A stretch of DNA of 64,000 nt, taken from contig CANJKV010000002.1 in the NCBI GenBank assembly GCA_947474855.1, positions 20,292 to 84,291 of the forward strand, given 5' to 3'. A program made the translations under genes and the position numbers. Under the pieces are notes generated by a model. That model ran no database searches. It was not told where the DNA came from and saw only the letters and a program-made list of their open reading frames with translations. Within the stretch, counting starts at the first letter, position 1. Each line of letters begins with the position of its first letter. The stretch is from Aurantimonadaceae bacterium. GTDB lineage: Bacteria > Pseudomonadota > Alphaproteobacteria > Rhizobiales > Rhizobiaceae. This document shows, in pieces, positions 55,965 through 64,000 of this stretch.

Positions 55965-56486
55965 CTATTGGGCAAACCAATATACAACACGACTGCTATT
56001 CTGCACATTCACGAGATGCCAAATGAATGATGCGGCAATCAACAACCATGGCACACCGGCTATAGCTGCTGCCACAACTGATACGCCACCTTCGAAACGC
56101 AGCATTTCCTCGCGATAATCCCGGCGAGACTTTAGATCATTGACCTGCTTAGCAGCATGCGCTACGTAAATCGGCTTCGCCATGACAGCGAGAATAAAAA
56201 TGTAATTATCCAAATCCCAGCCGAATAAGAGCGCGATTGACAAGGGTATCGCTACCGACAACACCGCTGCCAAGTACATTTTTCTGTACGCGAACCATGC
56301 GAAGCTGAAAATAAAGGCACCCCATGACCACGTGAACCAAACTGATCTTCCGCCATAAGCAGCGCGATGCGCACCATGAGCCGCTCGGCGGAAACGTTCC
56401 GCATTCGGCCCTATGAACAGACGCACCTCTTCAAGGCTTATATTCTCCCATACGTTGCGGCCATTCTTAAGAATTCGATCAAACAA
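55965..56486 (-). CDS. DUF2628-like membrane protein
   Basis: 'WFTWSWGAFIFSFAWFAYRKMYLAAV' matches the DUF2628 core. The gene is visibly AT-rich. Confidence 0.65.
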   Translation of the reverse strand: MFDRILKNGRNVWENISLEEVRLFIGPNAERFRRAAHGAHRAAYGGRSVWFTWSWGAFIFSFAWFAYRKMYLAAVLSVAIPLSIALLFGWDLDNYIFILAVMAKPIYVAHAAKQVNDLKSRRDYREEMLRFEGGVSVVAAAIAGVPWLLIAASFIWHLVNVQNSSRVVYWFAQ

Positions 56487-56594
56487 TTTTCACACCGGAT
56501 CAGAACAGCGATCCAGTCGATGTACTACAAACCTCGTGAGGATCCCGTTGAGTTGGCAGATCAAAATACCCTGAAAGATGTGGCGGATTTCTAA

Positions 56595-56935
56595 GGGCCT
56601 TTAACAAAACCGCTTTGCGACGAAACGCCATTTGATGAGGGCTGCTGCGAGGGTGGTGAGTGCGAGGTGGATGTCGGCTCGGCGCTCGTAGCGGATGGCG
56701 AGCCGTCGGAACTGGGCCAGTCAGGCGAGGCTGCGCTCGACCACCCACCTGTGGCGACCGAGGCGCTGGCTGCTCTCGATGCCGCGCCGAGCGATGCGGT
56801 ACTGGATGTGGCGCCTGGTCAGCACCTGCCGGCAGCGGCGGTGGTCGTAGGCCTTGTCGGCGTGCAGCTTGGCCGGGCGGCGGCGCCGTGGTCCCCAGCA
56901 CTGGCGGATGGCGGGCACGGCATCGAGGTCGGCGA
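56595..56935 (-). pseudogene. 5'-truncated IS427-group transposase orfB with an internal TGA
   Basis: 'LADLDAVPAIRQCWGPRRRRPAKLHADKAYDHRRCRQVLTRRHIQYRIARRGIESSQRLGRHRWVVERSLA*LAQFRRLAIRYERRADIHLALTTLAAALIKWRFVAKRFC*' is recognisable. The IS end gggcctttaacaaaaccgctttgcg follows ctaa. Confidence 0.75.
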
Positions 56936-56951
56936 GCTTTGGAGCGCGGGT

Positions 56952-57134
56952 ATGCGATGTCCGTGCGGCTGTGGCGACGTATTGGAGATGGCGCTTATCA
57001 AAGAGGCGCGGCCGCGATGGTCTCTCGAAGTAGACGAGCGTGGCCGGGCATCTCCGTCACCATCGGTATGGCGCAAGACGGGCTGCGGCTCATGCTTCTG
57101 GTTGCATCGGGGCCGAATTCGGTGGTGCGACTAG
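56952..57134 (+). pseudogene. Cys-rich small protein fragment (CPCGCG...CGSCFW; DUF6527-like), apparently N-terminally truncated by the IS fragment
   Basis: The sequence is MRCPCGCGDVLEMALIKEARPRWSLEVDERGRASPSPSVWRKTGCGSCFWLHRGRIRWCD. It begins directly at the IS remnant boundary. The family assignment is from memory only. Confidence 0.35.
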
Positions 57135-57289
57135 CGCGTGTGGCGGCACCTGCTTCCAGGTGTCGCCTCCATATACTCTGACGATCCACCGACGATCGAA
57201 ACGGCAGGCCCTCGGATTTCATGGGCGCGCTAGAAGCGGCCGAAATGGGCGCAGAGCAGCCTGCTCAGCGAAAGCTGAAACGGTATCAG

Positions 57290-58894
57290 TCAGGTTGCGG
57301 CGGCTTTGTCGCGACGCCCCTTGCGAGCCTTGCTCAGCCTGCCAACTCCAATCTCCGCACTATTCAACTCGTAAACGGGCATCCTTACGATCTCGCCATA
57401 CATGGTGGCCACGTCGAACTCGCCGTAATTCCCACCTTCAGAACGGGGCACATGGCCCTGGATGGCATCAAGAACGTCGGGCGCGATCCGTGTCCGCCGG
57501 CCTACCGTCTTGAACCGGTGCCGCCAGCCATGGAACGGGTCGACCCGCGGATCGTCGAGCCCAATGGATCGAGCCCATCGTGTCAGACGCTCGCCGAGCT
57601 TCTTGAAGGGCGGTGTCGCCCGCTCCGGGCTTCCCTTGAGTAGGGGCTCGTAGAACAACGGACCGACCTTGGACTTCCGGACGAAATCCAAGAAGCCCTG
57701 TTCCTTCAGGTGCGGATGAAGCGGCACGAGGCGGTAGCGGCCGGTTTTCACGGTGCCTGCCTCCGGCGTGATACGCAGGACGGCGATATCTCCCTCGAAG
57801 ACGATGTCCTCCTTGCGGATCTGCGTGAGTTCGTTGAGGCGCGCTCCGGTGTAGGCGCACAGCCAAGGCACCCAACGCCGCGCCGCCGCATGCTTCGGCC
57901 CAAGCTTGGCCGAGGGCGACTCGAGCGAGGCGGCGAGAACGAGGGCAGCCTCCTTGTCATCGAGGCTCCGGCTGCGCTCCACCACGGACTTGGCGACCTT
58001 GATCCGAAATCCCGAGGCGACGTTAGTCACGAGCCGCCGCTCGCCGACCAGCCAGCTCATCAGCGCCTTGAGAGCTGCGAGATGCACGTCGCGGATAGTC
58101 CGGTCGGAGCGCCCGCCGCTGCGCAGCGCCGAGATCCAACCTGACACGTCTCTGCTGGACACTCGTGACAGATCGTCGTGGCCGACCTGCGTCTCCAGGG
58201 TCTTCAGCGCCAAGCCCCATCGCTTCTGCGTCGACCTCGCCAGCTTCGCTGCCGCCGAGTAGGCTTCGAACTCCTGCGAGATCCGCAAGGAGTCCTTCGA
58301 GGCCGGCCGGCTGGCCAGCCCATCCGGGAGGACATCGGCCAAAGGCGGGAAGCGAAGAGCGGCAGGGTCCGGCGAGTAGTCGCCAAGCACCATCATCTTG
58401 ACCCCTGTGTCGGTCGCATCGAAGACAGCCCGAGCGACGGCGAGATCGAAGGCACCCTGATAGGTCGGGTCGAGACGAATGCCGCGATTGTCGCAGAACG
58501 CGTCGATCTCCGGGCCGTAGGCGTCGCGAAACGCCTCATGGGCTCGCGCGTCGTTAGACGCCCCGACGAAGTTGCGAGACGCGGCTCCGATGAAGCCGTC
58601 GAAGAAGAAAGAGGCGCGCCCTTCCTCATGCTCGCGGACGATGGCCCGGTAGAACTCGCCGGCTAGTGCGTGCATCTGCTTGGCCGAGGGTCGGAAGTAC
58701 CCAGCCCTAAGATTTCGCCACCGCGCCTCGATCTCGGCGAGCGCCTCGGCGTGGAGCCTGCGCGCCTCGGAGACGTCCTTCGTGCCGAGCGAGCGCTTGA
58801 TCGCCGGGCGTCCGACCAGCGCGACCAGATCGGCCGGCACGCGCTTGCGCAGGTAGTAGACCCCCGTCTTCGGGTGCTTTTCAGGTCGGGCCAT
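57290..58894 (-). CDS. Tyrosine recombinase / phage-type integrase
   Basis: The N-terminus is 'MARPEKHPKTGVYYLRKRVPADL'. The catalytic region shows 'TGARLNELTQIRKEDI', 'HGWRHRFKTVGR', 'AIQGH' and 'NYGEF'. The gene ends its 5' side 103 bp from the tRNA-Ser 3' end. Confidence 0.9.
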   Translation of the reverse strand: MARPEKHPKTGVYYLRKRVPADLVALVGRPAIKRSLGTKDVSEARRLHAEALAEIEARWRNLRAGYFRPSAKQMHALAGEFYRAIVREHEEGRASFFFDGFIGAASRNFVGASNDARAHEAFRDAYGPEIDAFCDNRGIRLDPTYQGAFDLAVARAVFDATDTGVKMMVLGDYSPDPAALRFPPLADVLPDGLASRPASKDSLRISQEFEAYSAAAKLARSTQKRWGLALKTLETQVGHDDLSRVSSRDVSGWISALRSGGRSDRTIRDVHLAALKALMSWLVGERRLVTNVASGFRIKVAKSVVERSRSLDDKEAALVLAASLESPSAKLGPKHAAARRWVPWLCAYTGARLNELTQIRKEDIVFEGDIAVLRITPEAGTVKTGRYRLVPLHPHLKEQGFLDFVRKSKVGPLFYEPLLKGSPERATPPFKKLGERLTRWARSIGLDDPRVDPFHGWRHRFKTVGRRTRIAPDVLDAIQGHVPRSEGGNYGEFDVATMYGEIVRMPVYELNSAEIGVGRLSKARKGRRDKAAAT

Positions 58895-58996
58895 CCGCAG
58901 GACCATCTGTGTACCACCGTTGTGTACCACCACGGCGATTACAAAAGCCTTGCGGCGCAGGACTTACCTGCGTCTAGAAGGGTTTAGGGATCCAAA

Positions 58997-59086
58997 TGGC
59001 GGAGAGGGAGGGATTTGAACCCCCGATACGGTTGCCCGTATGCCGCATTTCGAGTGCGGTGCATTCAACCACTCTGCCACCTCTCC
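58997..59086 (-). tRNA. tRNA-Ser (anticodon CGA), type II with long variable arm, CCA encoded
   Basis: The reverse strand reads GGAGAGGTGGCAGAGTGGTTGAATGCACCGCACTCGAAATGCGGCATACGGGCAACCGTATCGGGGGTTCAAATCCCTCCCTCTCCGCCA. The anticodon stem is CCGCA/TGCGG with loop CUCGAAA, and a TPsiC loop TTCAAAT is present. Confidence 0.9.
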
Positions 59087-59382
59087 GTCGAGGTGCGGCT
59101 TCTGCGAACGCGCGCCTCGGCGCGAAAGGCCGGGCGGCGGGCGGAAGACGCGATGGGCGCGCCCGGTGGTGTCGGGTGTCTCGCGCGCCGTCTCCTTATC
59201 AAAGGGGTGGCGGCGCGCACAAGAGCCAAAATCGCGCGACGTGAGCTCGCGGCCCTGGCACGCGGCGTTCCGTCGTCAGACTGGCGTAAAGTTCGCGGCC
59301 CTCTCGCCCGCCGGCGCCAGATCTTGCCGCCTCGCCGGGCGCAGATCGGCTCGGTTCGGACGGAACGGCACCGGTCGACAGC

Positions 59383-59772
59383 TCAGAGGCGCGAGATCTC
59401 GACGCGCGCGACGCCCGAGCTGATCATGCCGATCGACTTCGCGGCGGCTTGGCTGAGGTCGATGACCCGCCCGTGGGCATACGGGCCTCGGTCGTTGATG
59501 CGCACGATCACCGAGCGACCGTTGTTGCGGTTGGTGACGCGAACCTTGGTGCCGAAGGGCAGCGAGCGGTGGGCGGCGGTCATCGCGTTCATGTTGAAGC
59601 GCTCGCCATTGGCGGTCTTCCGGCCGTGGAACTGCTTTCCGTAATAGGAAGCGGAACCGGAGAGCCCGGCGCGCGTTTCAGCTGCAGCCGACCCGTGTCC
59701 GCCGCCGAAACCGGCGAGGAGGGCACAGGAGAAAAGGGCTGCGGAGAGCGCGGCTTTGGGCAGGATCGTCAT
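59383..59772 (-). CDS. RlpA-like (DPBB) lytic transglycosylase family lipoprotein/secreted protein
   Basis: '[60 protein letters not shown]' is the RlpA double-psi beta-barrel. The ATG at 59772 gives a signal-peptide-like start. Confidence 0.85.
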   Translation of the reverse strand: MTILPKAALSAALFSCALLAGFGGGHGSAAAETRAGLSGSASYYGKQFHGRKTANGERFNMNAMTAAHRSLPFGTKVRVTNRNNGRSVIVRINDRGPYAHGRVIDLSQAAAKSIGMISSGVARVEISRL

Positions 59773-60209
59773 TCGGTCGTCCGTTGGTCCGTTGCGGGGC
59801 ATGCGGTGACCGGCTTCCTGATCGTTGTCCGTGGCGTCGGCGTGGAGCACCCGTGGCCAAAACAAGGTCATTTCGGGGCGACTGGCGTTGCGCGCAAGCT
59901 CCTGCCAGACCAGAGAAATTTTGATCGACAGCACAGTCGGGCTCGACTTGGCCCTGTCTCGCCCGCGGGTGATGGCACCGGGCGATGCTTGCGGGGCTGA
60001 TCTGCAAGGCCCGCGTTCTCGACTTGAACGAGCATCCGGCGCTCTTCTACGATGCTGATGCTCCCGTGCGCATCCTTCGGTCAGATGATCATAAGGGCGC
60101 CGCGCCCTTCCCCTCCGGGGCTCTCCGGCCTAAGCTCGTTCCCGTCGCATCGGCGGGGAGGCCGGCGCGTCGGGAGGAGCGTGAGGTGGTTCCAGTCGAC
60201 CGCGCCGCG

Positions 60210-61430
60210 ATGCGGCTGCACGAGGGCGGCGTCGCGACGCTGACCTATCGCGGCCGCGATCCGGACGATCTGGCGATGGCCGCCGCGCGCCTCGTCGACG
60301 GCGGCGCCTACGCGCTCGTTCTCGCCTTCTTCGATGCCGCGCTCGATGCCGCCCGGCTCGCGGCGGCGCTCGCCCGGGCCTTGCCCGAGGTGCCCGTCCA
60401 GCTCGGCTGCTCGACGGCGGGCGAGATCGGCCCCTTCGGCTATCTCGACGGCGGAGCGGTGCTTCTGTTCTTTCCGGCCGACCGCTTCCAGGCCGTGGCA
60501 GGCGTCGCCGAGAACGCGGCGCAGGGTGGGCTCGAAAAGGGCGCGGCGCTCGCCGAGGAGCTGCAGGCCCGGCTCGCTGCGACGCCCCCGCCCGTTCCGG
60601 CCGAGCATCCCGACGATGCGCCCCCGTCCCCTCCCTGGTCACCGCTCGCGCTCTGCTTCCTCGACGGGCTGTCCAACGACGAGGAGGCGGTGCTGTCCGC
60701 CTTCGACGCCCGGCTCGGCGGCATGCCGCTCGTCGGCGGCTCGGCCGGCGACGGCGAGGCCTTCGGACAGACCCGCATCCTTTTCAACGGGCAGGTCCAT
60801 GCCGGCGCCGCGGCGCTCTGCCTCCTTCGCACCAACCTGCCCTTCCGCATCTTCAAGTCCGATCATTTCCGCCCGACCGAAACCCACCTCGTCGTGACCG
60901 AATGCGACGCCCAGGCCCGCCTCGTCGGCGAGCTGAACGGCGCGCCGGCGGCGCAGGAATACGCCACCGTCCTCGGCCTCGACCCGGACGGACTCGATCG
61001 CCTGTCCTTCGCGGCCTATCCCGTGGTGGTGAAGGTCGGGAGCGAGCATTTCTGCCGCTCGATCCGCCGCCTGGAGCCGGAAGGGCTGTCCTTCTTCTGC
61101 GCCGTCGACACGGGGCTCGTCCTGACGCTCGCCGAGCCGCTGGACATGGCGGAGTCGATGAGCGCCGTCCTGTCGCGGTGCCGCGACGATCTCGGCGGGA
61201 TCGACTTCGTGCTCGGCTTCGATTGCGTGCTGCGGCGCGTGGAGGCCGAGCAGCGCCAGTTCGGCCGGCGCATCGCCGACGTGTTCGAGCGCTTCGACGT
61301 CTTCGGCTTCACGACCTATGGCGAGCAGTTCCGCGCCATGCACCTCAACCAGACCTTCACGGGCGTCGCCTTCGGACGGCCCGCCCCGGCGCCGGCGGCT
61401 GCCCGGCCGCTGGCGGTCGCCGCGGAATGA
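60210..61430 (+). CDS. FIST-domain sensor protein
   Basis: 'LGCSTAGEIGPFGY...GGAVLLFF' is FIST_N-like and 'LVGGSAGDGEAFGQTRILFNG' plus 'FGFTTYGEQF' are FIST_C-like. The start is set at the ATG at 60210. The stop overlaps the kinase start (ATGA). Confidence 0.8.
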   Translation: MRLHEGGVATLTYRGRDPDDLAMAAARLVDGGAYALVLAFFDAALDAARLAAALARALPEVPVQLGCSTAGEIGPFGYLDGGAVLLFFPADRFQAVAGVAENAAQGGLEKGAALAEELQARLAATPPPVPAEHPDDAPPSPPWSPLALCFLDGLSNDEEAVLSAFDARLGGMPLVGGSAGDGEAFGQTRILFNGQVHAGAAALCLLRTNLPFRIFKSDHFRPTETHLVVTECDAQARLVGELNGAPAAQEYATVLGLDPDGLDRLSFAAYPVVVKVGSEHFCRSIRRLEPEGLSFFCAVDTGLVLTLAEPLDMAESMSAVLSRCRDDLGGIDFVLGFDCVLRRVEAEQRQFGRRIADVFERFDVFGFTTYGEQFRAMHLNQTFTGVAFGRPAPAPAAARPLAVAAE

Positions 61431-62833
61431 GCGGGCGGGCCGACGAGACGCAGGCGCGGGGCGTCCTCCTGGGAACGCTCGGACGCGTCGGCGACGGCGC
61501 GCCGCGCGAGCGCTCGGCGGAGGAGGTGCGCCGGCTCGAAGCCGTCAACGCCGCGCTGATCCGCCGCGTCGAGCGGATGACGGACACGCAGTCCGGCGCC
61601 TTTTCCTTGTTCCAGACCGCGCTCCACCTCGAGGCCCAGGTGCGCAGCCGCACCGCGGAACTGTCGCAGGCGCTGTGCCGCGTCGAGCAGACGAGCCGCG
61701 AGAACCTTGCCGCGCGCGAGGCGGCCGATCGCGCCAACCGCTCCAAGACGCGCTTCCTCGCCGCCGCCGGCCACGACATCCTCCAGCCGCTCAGCGCCGC
61801 CCGCCTGTCCTTGTCCACCATCGAGGCGCCGAACGCCGATCCGGCCGCGCGCCGGCGCGGGCTCGACACGATCGCGGCGGCGCTCGACACGATGGAGGAG
61901 CTGATCGCCAGCGTCCTCGACATGGCGCGCATCGACGCGGGCGCGGTGCGGCCGGAATTCGCCGCCGTGCCGCTGCGCGCGCTTCTCGAGGCCGTCGCGC
62001 GCGCCTTCGCGCCGCTCGCGGCCCGCAAGGGCCTCGTCTTGCGCGTCGCGGGCGCACCGACGATCCTCGGGACGAGCGATCCCGCCCTCCTGCGGCGCAT
62101 CCTCGCCAACCTCGCTTCCAACGCCATCCGCTACACGCGAAGGGGCGGCGTTCTCCTGTCAGTGCGCCGGCGCGGCGCCCACGCCGTTCTCGAGGTGCGC
62201 GACACCGGCATCGGCGTGCCGGCCGACCAGCACGAGCTGATCTTCGAGGAATTCCATCGCGGATGCGCCGTCGGGCTCGACGCCGGCACCGCGGCGGCGG
62301 GGCTCGGCCTCGGCCTGTCGATCGTCCGGCGGCTCGCCGACGCGCTGGAGCACCCGCTCGACCTGCGCTCGGTGGAAGGGCGGGGCAGCGCCTTCCGCAT
62401 CCTCGTGCCCCGCACGGATCCTCTGCCCGCCGGCTTCGACGCGCCGCCCGCCGGCCGGGAGCCGCTTGCCGGCGCGCGCGTCCTTCTTCTCGGCGAGGGA
62501 GAGGCCATCGCCGCGGCCGGGGCGCTCTTCGCGCGCTGGGGCTGCCGCGTCGCGCGCGAGCCGGCCGGCGGGCGGCCGGCCTCGGCGGAAACGAGCACCG
62601 ACCTCGTCGTTCTCGGCGGCGGCGAGGCAGGCGGGCCGATCGGCGAGGCGGGGGCGCTTCGCGCGCTGGAGCGCCTGCGCGCCGCTTTCGGCCGTCCGGT
62701 GCCGGCGATCCTCCTGGTGCCGCGGCGCGAGGGGCACGAGCCCGGCGCGCCGCGCCCCGAGGCCTGCGAGCGGCTCGGCATTCCCGTCAAGCCGGCGGCG
62801 CTGCGGGCTCTGGCCGCCCACCTCCTCAGGTGA
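61427..62833 (+). CDS. Sensor histidine kinase (HisKA + HATPase_c) with degenerate C-terminal receiver-like domain
   Basis: 'RFLAAAGHDILQPLSA' is the H-box, 'LASNAIRYT' the N-box, 'VRDTGIGVP' the G1 box and 'GLGLGLSIV' the G2 box. Confidence 0.85.
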   Translation: MSGRADETQARGVLLGTLGRVGDGAPRERSAEEVRRLEAVNAALIRRVERMTDTQSGAFSLFQTALHLEAQVRSRTAELSQALCRVEQTSRENLAAREAADRANRSKTRFLAAAGHDILQPLSAARLSLSTIEAPNADPAARRRGLDTIAAALDTMEELIASVLDMARIDAGAVRPEFAAVPLRALLEAVARAFAPLAARKGLVLRVAGAPTILGTSDPALLRRILANLASNAIRYTRRGGVLLSVRRRGAHAVLEVRDTGIGVPADQHELIFEEFHRGCAVGLDAGTAAAGLGLGLSIVRRLADALEHPLDLRSVEGRGSAFRILVPRTDPLPAGFDAPPAGREPLAGARVLLLGEGEAIAAAGALFARWGCRVAREPAGGRPASAETSTDLVVLGGGEAGGPIGEAGALRALERLRAAFGRPVPAILLVPRREGHEPGAPRPEACERLGIPVKPAALRALAAHLLR

Positions 62834-63553
62834 TCAGGCGGCCGTCGGGCCCGCCCCCGCCCCCGCCCCCGCCTCGGCGAGCGCCATGATCTCCTTGTCG
62901 AGGCGGGCGGTCTCGACCACGGCCTGGGTCCGGCTGATGACGCCGAGCTTCCTCAGGATCTCGGACACGTGCGCCTTCACCGTCGTTTCCCCGACGCCGA
63001 GCTCGAAGGCGATCTGCTTGTTGAGGAGGCCCTGGCGGATCATGCCGAGAACCCGCAGCTGCTGGGGCGTCAGGCTGGCGAGCCGCGCTTCGAGGCCGCT
63101 CCCCACGGCGCCGGGATCGGCGGCGGCCGACGGCGACAGGGCCGCGATGTCGGCTTCGAGGCCGTCGGCGAGGTGGACCGCGCCGGCGAGGACGTCGGCG
63201 ATGGCGCGGGCGAGACCCGCCCGGTCGGCGGATTTCGGCACGAAGCCGGACACGCCGTAGGACAGCGCCTGGCGCGCCACGCGCGGGTCGCTCTGCGCCG
63301 AGACGACGAGGATCGGCAGGCTGGGAAAGCGGCTTCGCAGCGTCGTGACGCCTTCGAAGCCGGAGATGCCCGGCATGGACAGGTCGAGAAGGGCGAGATC
63401 GAAGTCCTCCCCGCCCTTCTCGCGCAGGATCGCCGCGGCCTCCTCGATGCCCGCCGCCTCGCGGATGTCCGGTTCGGGATCGACGGCCTCGATCGCGCCG
63501 CGCAGCGCCTCGCGAAACAGCGGGTGATCGTCGACGATCAGGAAACGGTTCAT
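62834..63553 (-). CDS. NarL/FixJ-type response regulator (receiver + LuxR HTH)
   Basis: 'FLIVDDHPLFREAL', 'LALLDLSMPG' and 'LTPQQLRVLGMIRQGLLNKQIAFELGVGETTVKAHVSEILRKLGV' are present. Confidence 0.9.
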   Translation of the reverse strand: MNRFLIVDDHPLFREALRGAIEAVDPEPDIREAAGIEEAAAILREKGGEDFDLALLDLSMPGISGFEGVTTLRSRFPSLPILVVSAQSDPRVARQALSYGVSGFVPKSADRAGLARAIADVLAGAVHLADGLEADIAALSPSAAADPGAVGSGLEARLASLTPQQLRVLGMIRQGLLNKQIAFELGVGETTVKAHVSEILRKLGVISRTQAVVETARLDKEIMALAEAGAGAGAGPTAA

Positions 63554-63641
63554 GGGCGCTGCACCCCTCCCGAAGGCGCGGATCGATGCGCGACCTTAGA
63601 AAGGCTCCAGGCCATTCGCAATCGGGCCGAAGCCCGCCGGC

Positions 63642-64000
63642 TCAGCCCGCCCCGCCGCGCCCGCCATGGACCGAGGACCAGGTCACGGGATCGGACAGGA
63701 AGCTCTCGACGATCGCGAGGGTTTCGGGCGGAAAGCTCTTCTGCGCCTTGGCGACGGCGAGAACGTCGTGCCAGGTGACGAGCGAGTGGAGGCTGAGGCC
63801 GGCCTTGGCGAGCTCCTCCGCGACGCCCGGAAAGACGCCGTAGAAGAAGATCACGAAGGTGTGGTCGACTGTGGCGCCCGCCTCGCGCAGCGCTTCGGCG
63901 AAGCCGACCTTCGAGCCGCCGTCGGTGGCGAGATCCTCGACGAGAAGGACGCGCGCGCCCTCCTTGAGATCGCCCTCGATGCGGGCGTTGCGGCCGAAGC
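63642..64000 (-). CDS. pyrE: Orotate phosphoribosyltransferase, C-terminal part (gene starts beyond the window end)
   Basis: The reverse frame reads '...[57 protein letters not shown]...', which contains the type-I PRTase loop of OPRTases. It is open to the window edge. Confidence 0.8.
   Translation of the reverse strand, partial: FGRNARIEGDLKEGARVLLVEDLATDGGSKVGFAEALREAGATVDHTFVIFFYGVFPGVAEELAKAGLSLHSLVTWHDVLAVAKAQKSFPPETLAIVESFLSDPVTWSSVHGGRGGAG

Noticed and set aside
62845-62880. A short GCCCCC hexanucleotide tandem repeat.
   Set aside because: It has only about three units and lies inside the response-regulator gene, where it encodes an (Ala-Gly)n tail. It is neither a CRISPR array nor an intergenic repeat.
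60902-62889. A 643-aa ORF starting at 60902 and a 523-aa ORF (61318..62889).
   Set aside because: The first 175 codons of the 643-aa ORF overlap the FIST gene in another frame and are Arg-rich, so the kinase starts at 61427. The 523-aa ORF is a shadow frame.
1-64000. A CRISPR array, rRNA genes, further tRNAs, and prophage structural genes.
   Set aside because: I saw no regularly spaced direct repeats, no rRNA-like conserved stretches, and only one cloverleaf-compatible sequence. I recognised no capsid, portal, terminase or tail proteins, so the island is not called a prophage.

Overview
This is a high-GC chromosomal segment that looks alphaproteobacterial: it has an HWE-type histidine kinase, CCUCCUCCC-loop sRNAs, and IS5/ISL3/IS110 debris. 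All calls come from reading the translated ORFs and the DNA by eye; no homology search was possible.

The two ends look like core genome. The left end (1-3.0 kb) holds an MHYT membrane sensor, a LysR regulator, a carboxymuconolactone-decarboxylase-family protein and a cupin. The right end (59-64 kb) holds tRNA-Ser(CGA), an RlpA-like protein, a FIST/histidine-kinase/LuxR-response-regulator set and pyrE.

Between about 3.5 and 58.9 kb lies mosaic accessory DNA. A tyrosine integrase abuts the 3' end of tRNA-Ser. A large serine recombinase sits at 9.4-11.8 kb. At least eight IS elements or IS fragments separate the cargo modules.

Cargo modules, strongest candidate first:
- **35.3-42.4 kb:** a tightly coupled five-gene operon (PRTase, P-loop NTPase, unknown protein, SIS::HAD fusion, PfkB kinase), followed by a convergent NADAR gene and an HTH regulator. 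This is my best candidate for an undescribed nucleotide/phosphosugar-based system.
- **24.8-30.6 kb:** a SARP regulator, a 79-aa ORF, YcaO and TfuA (thioamide RiPP-like), plus an SGNH hydrolase.
- **3.5-8.5 kb:** an HTH protein, a Lon-type AAA+ ATPase without a protease domain, a 61-aa ORF, two metallophosphoesterases and a TerB-like/BRCT protein.
- **19.1-23.0 kb:** a visibly AT-richer module with a small toxin-like ORF, an MqsA-type ZnF-HTH fused to an ImmA/IrrE peptidase, a two-Rossmann flavoprotein (apparently frameshifted at a C-run) and a protease-like protein lacking the catalytic Ser.
- **30.7-34.1 kb:** a CHAP/peptidoglycan-binding amidase, a DUF2235 (Tle1-like) hydrolase and a membrane protein.
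- **Two paralogous ~125-nt sRNA genes** with CCUCCUCCC loops (24.1 and 50.3 kb).

Ordinary cargo includes an MCP, a TetR-MFS-HlyD efflux set, and a PAS/HWE kinase with a receiver.

No CRISPR array, rRNA or phage structural genes were seen. Many long Arg-rich ORFs in the supplied track are shadow frames of the real genes.
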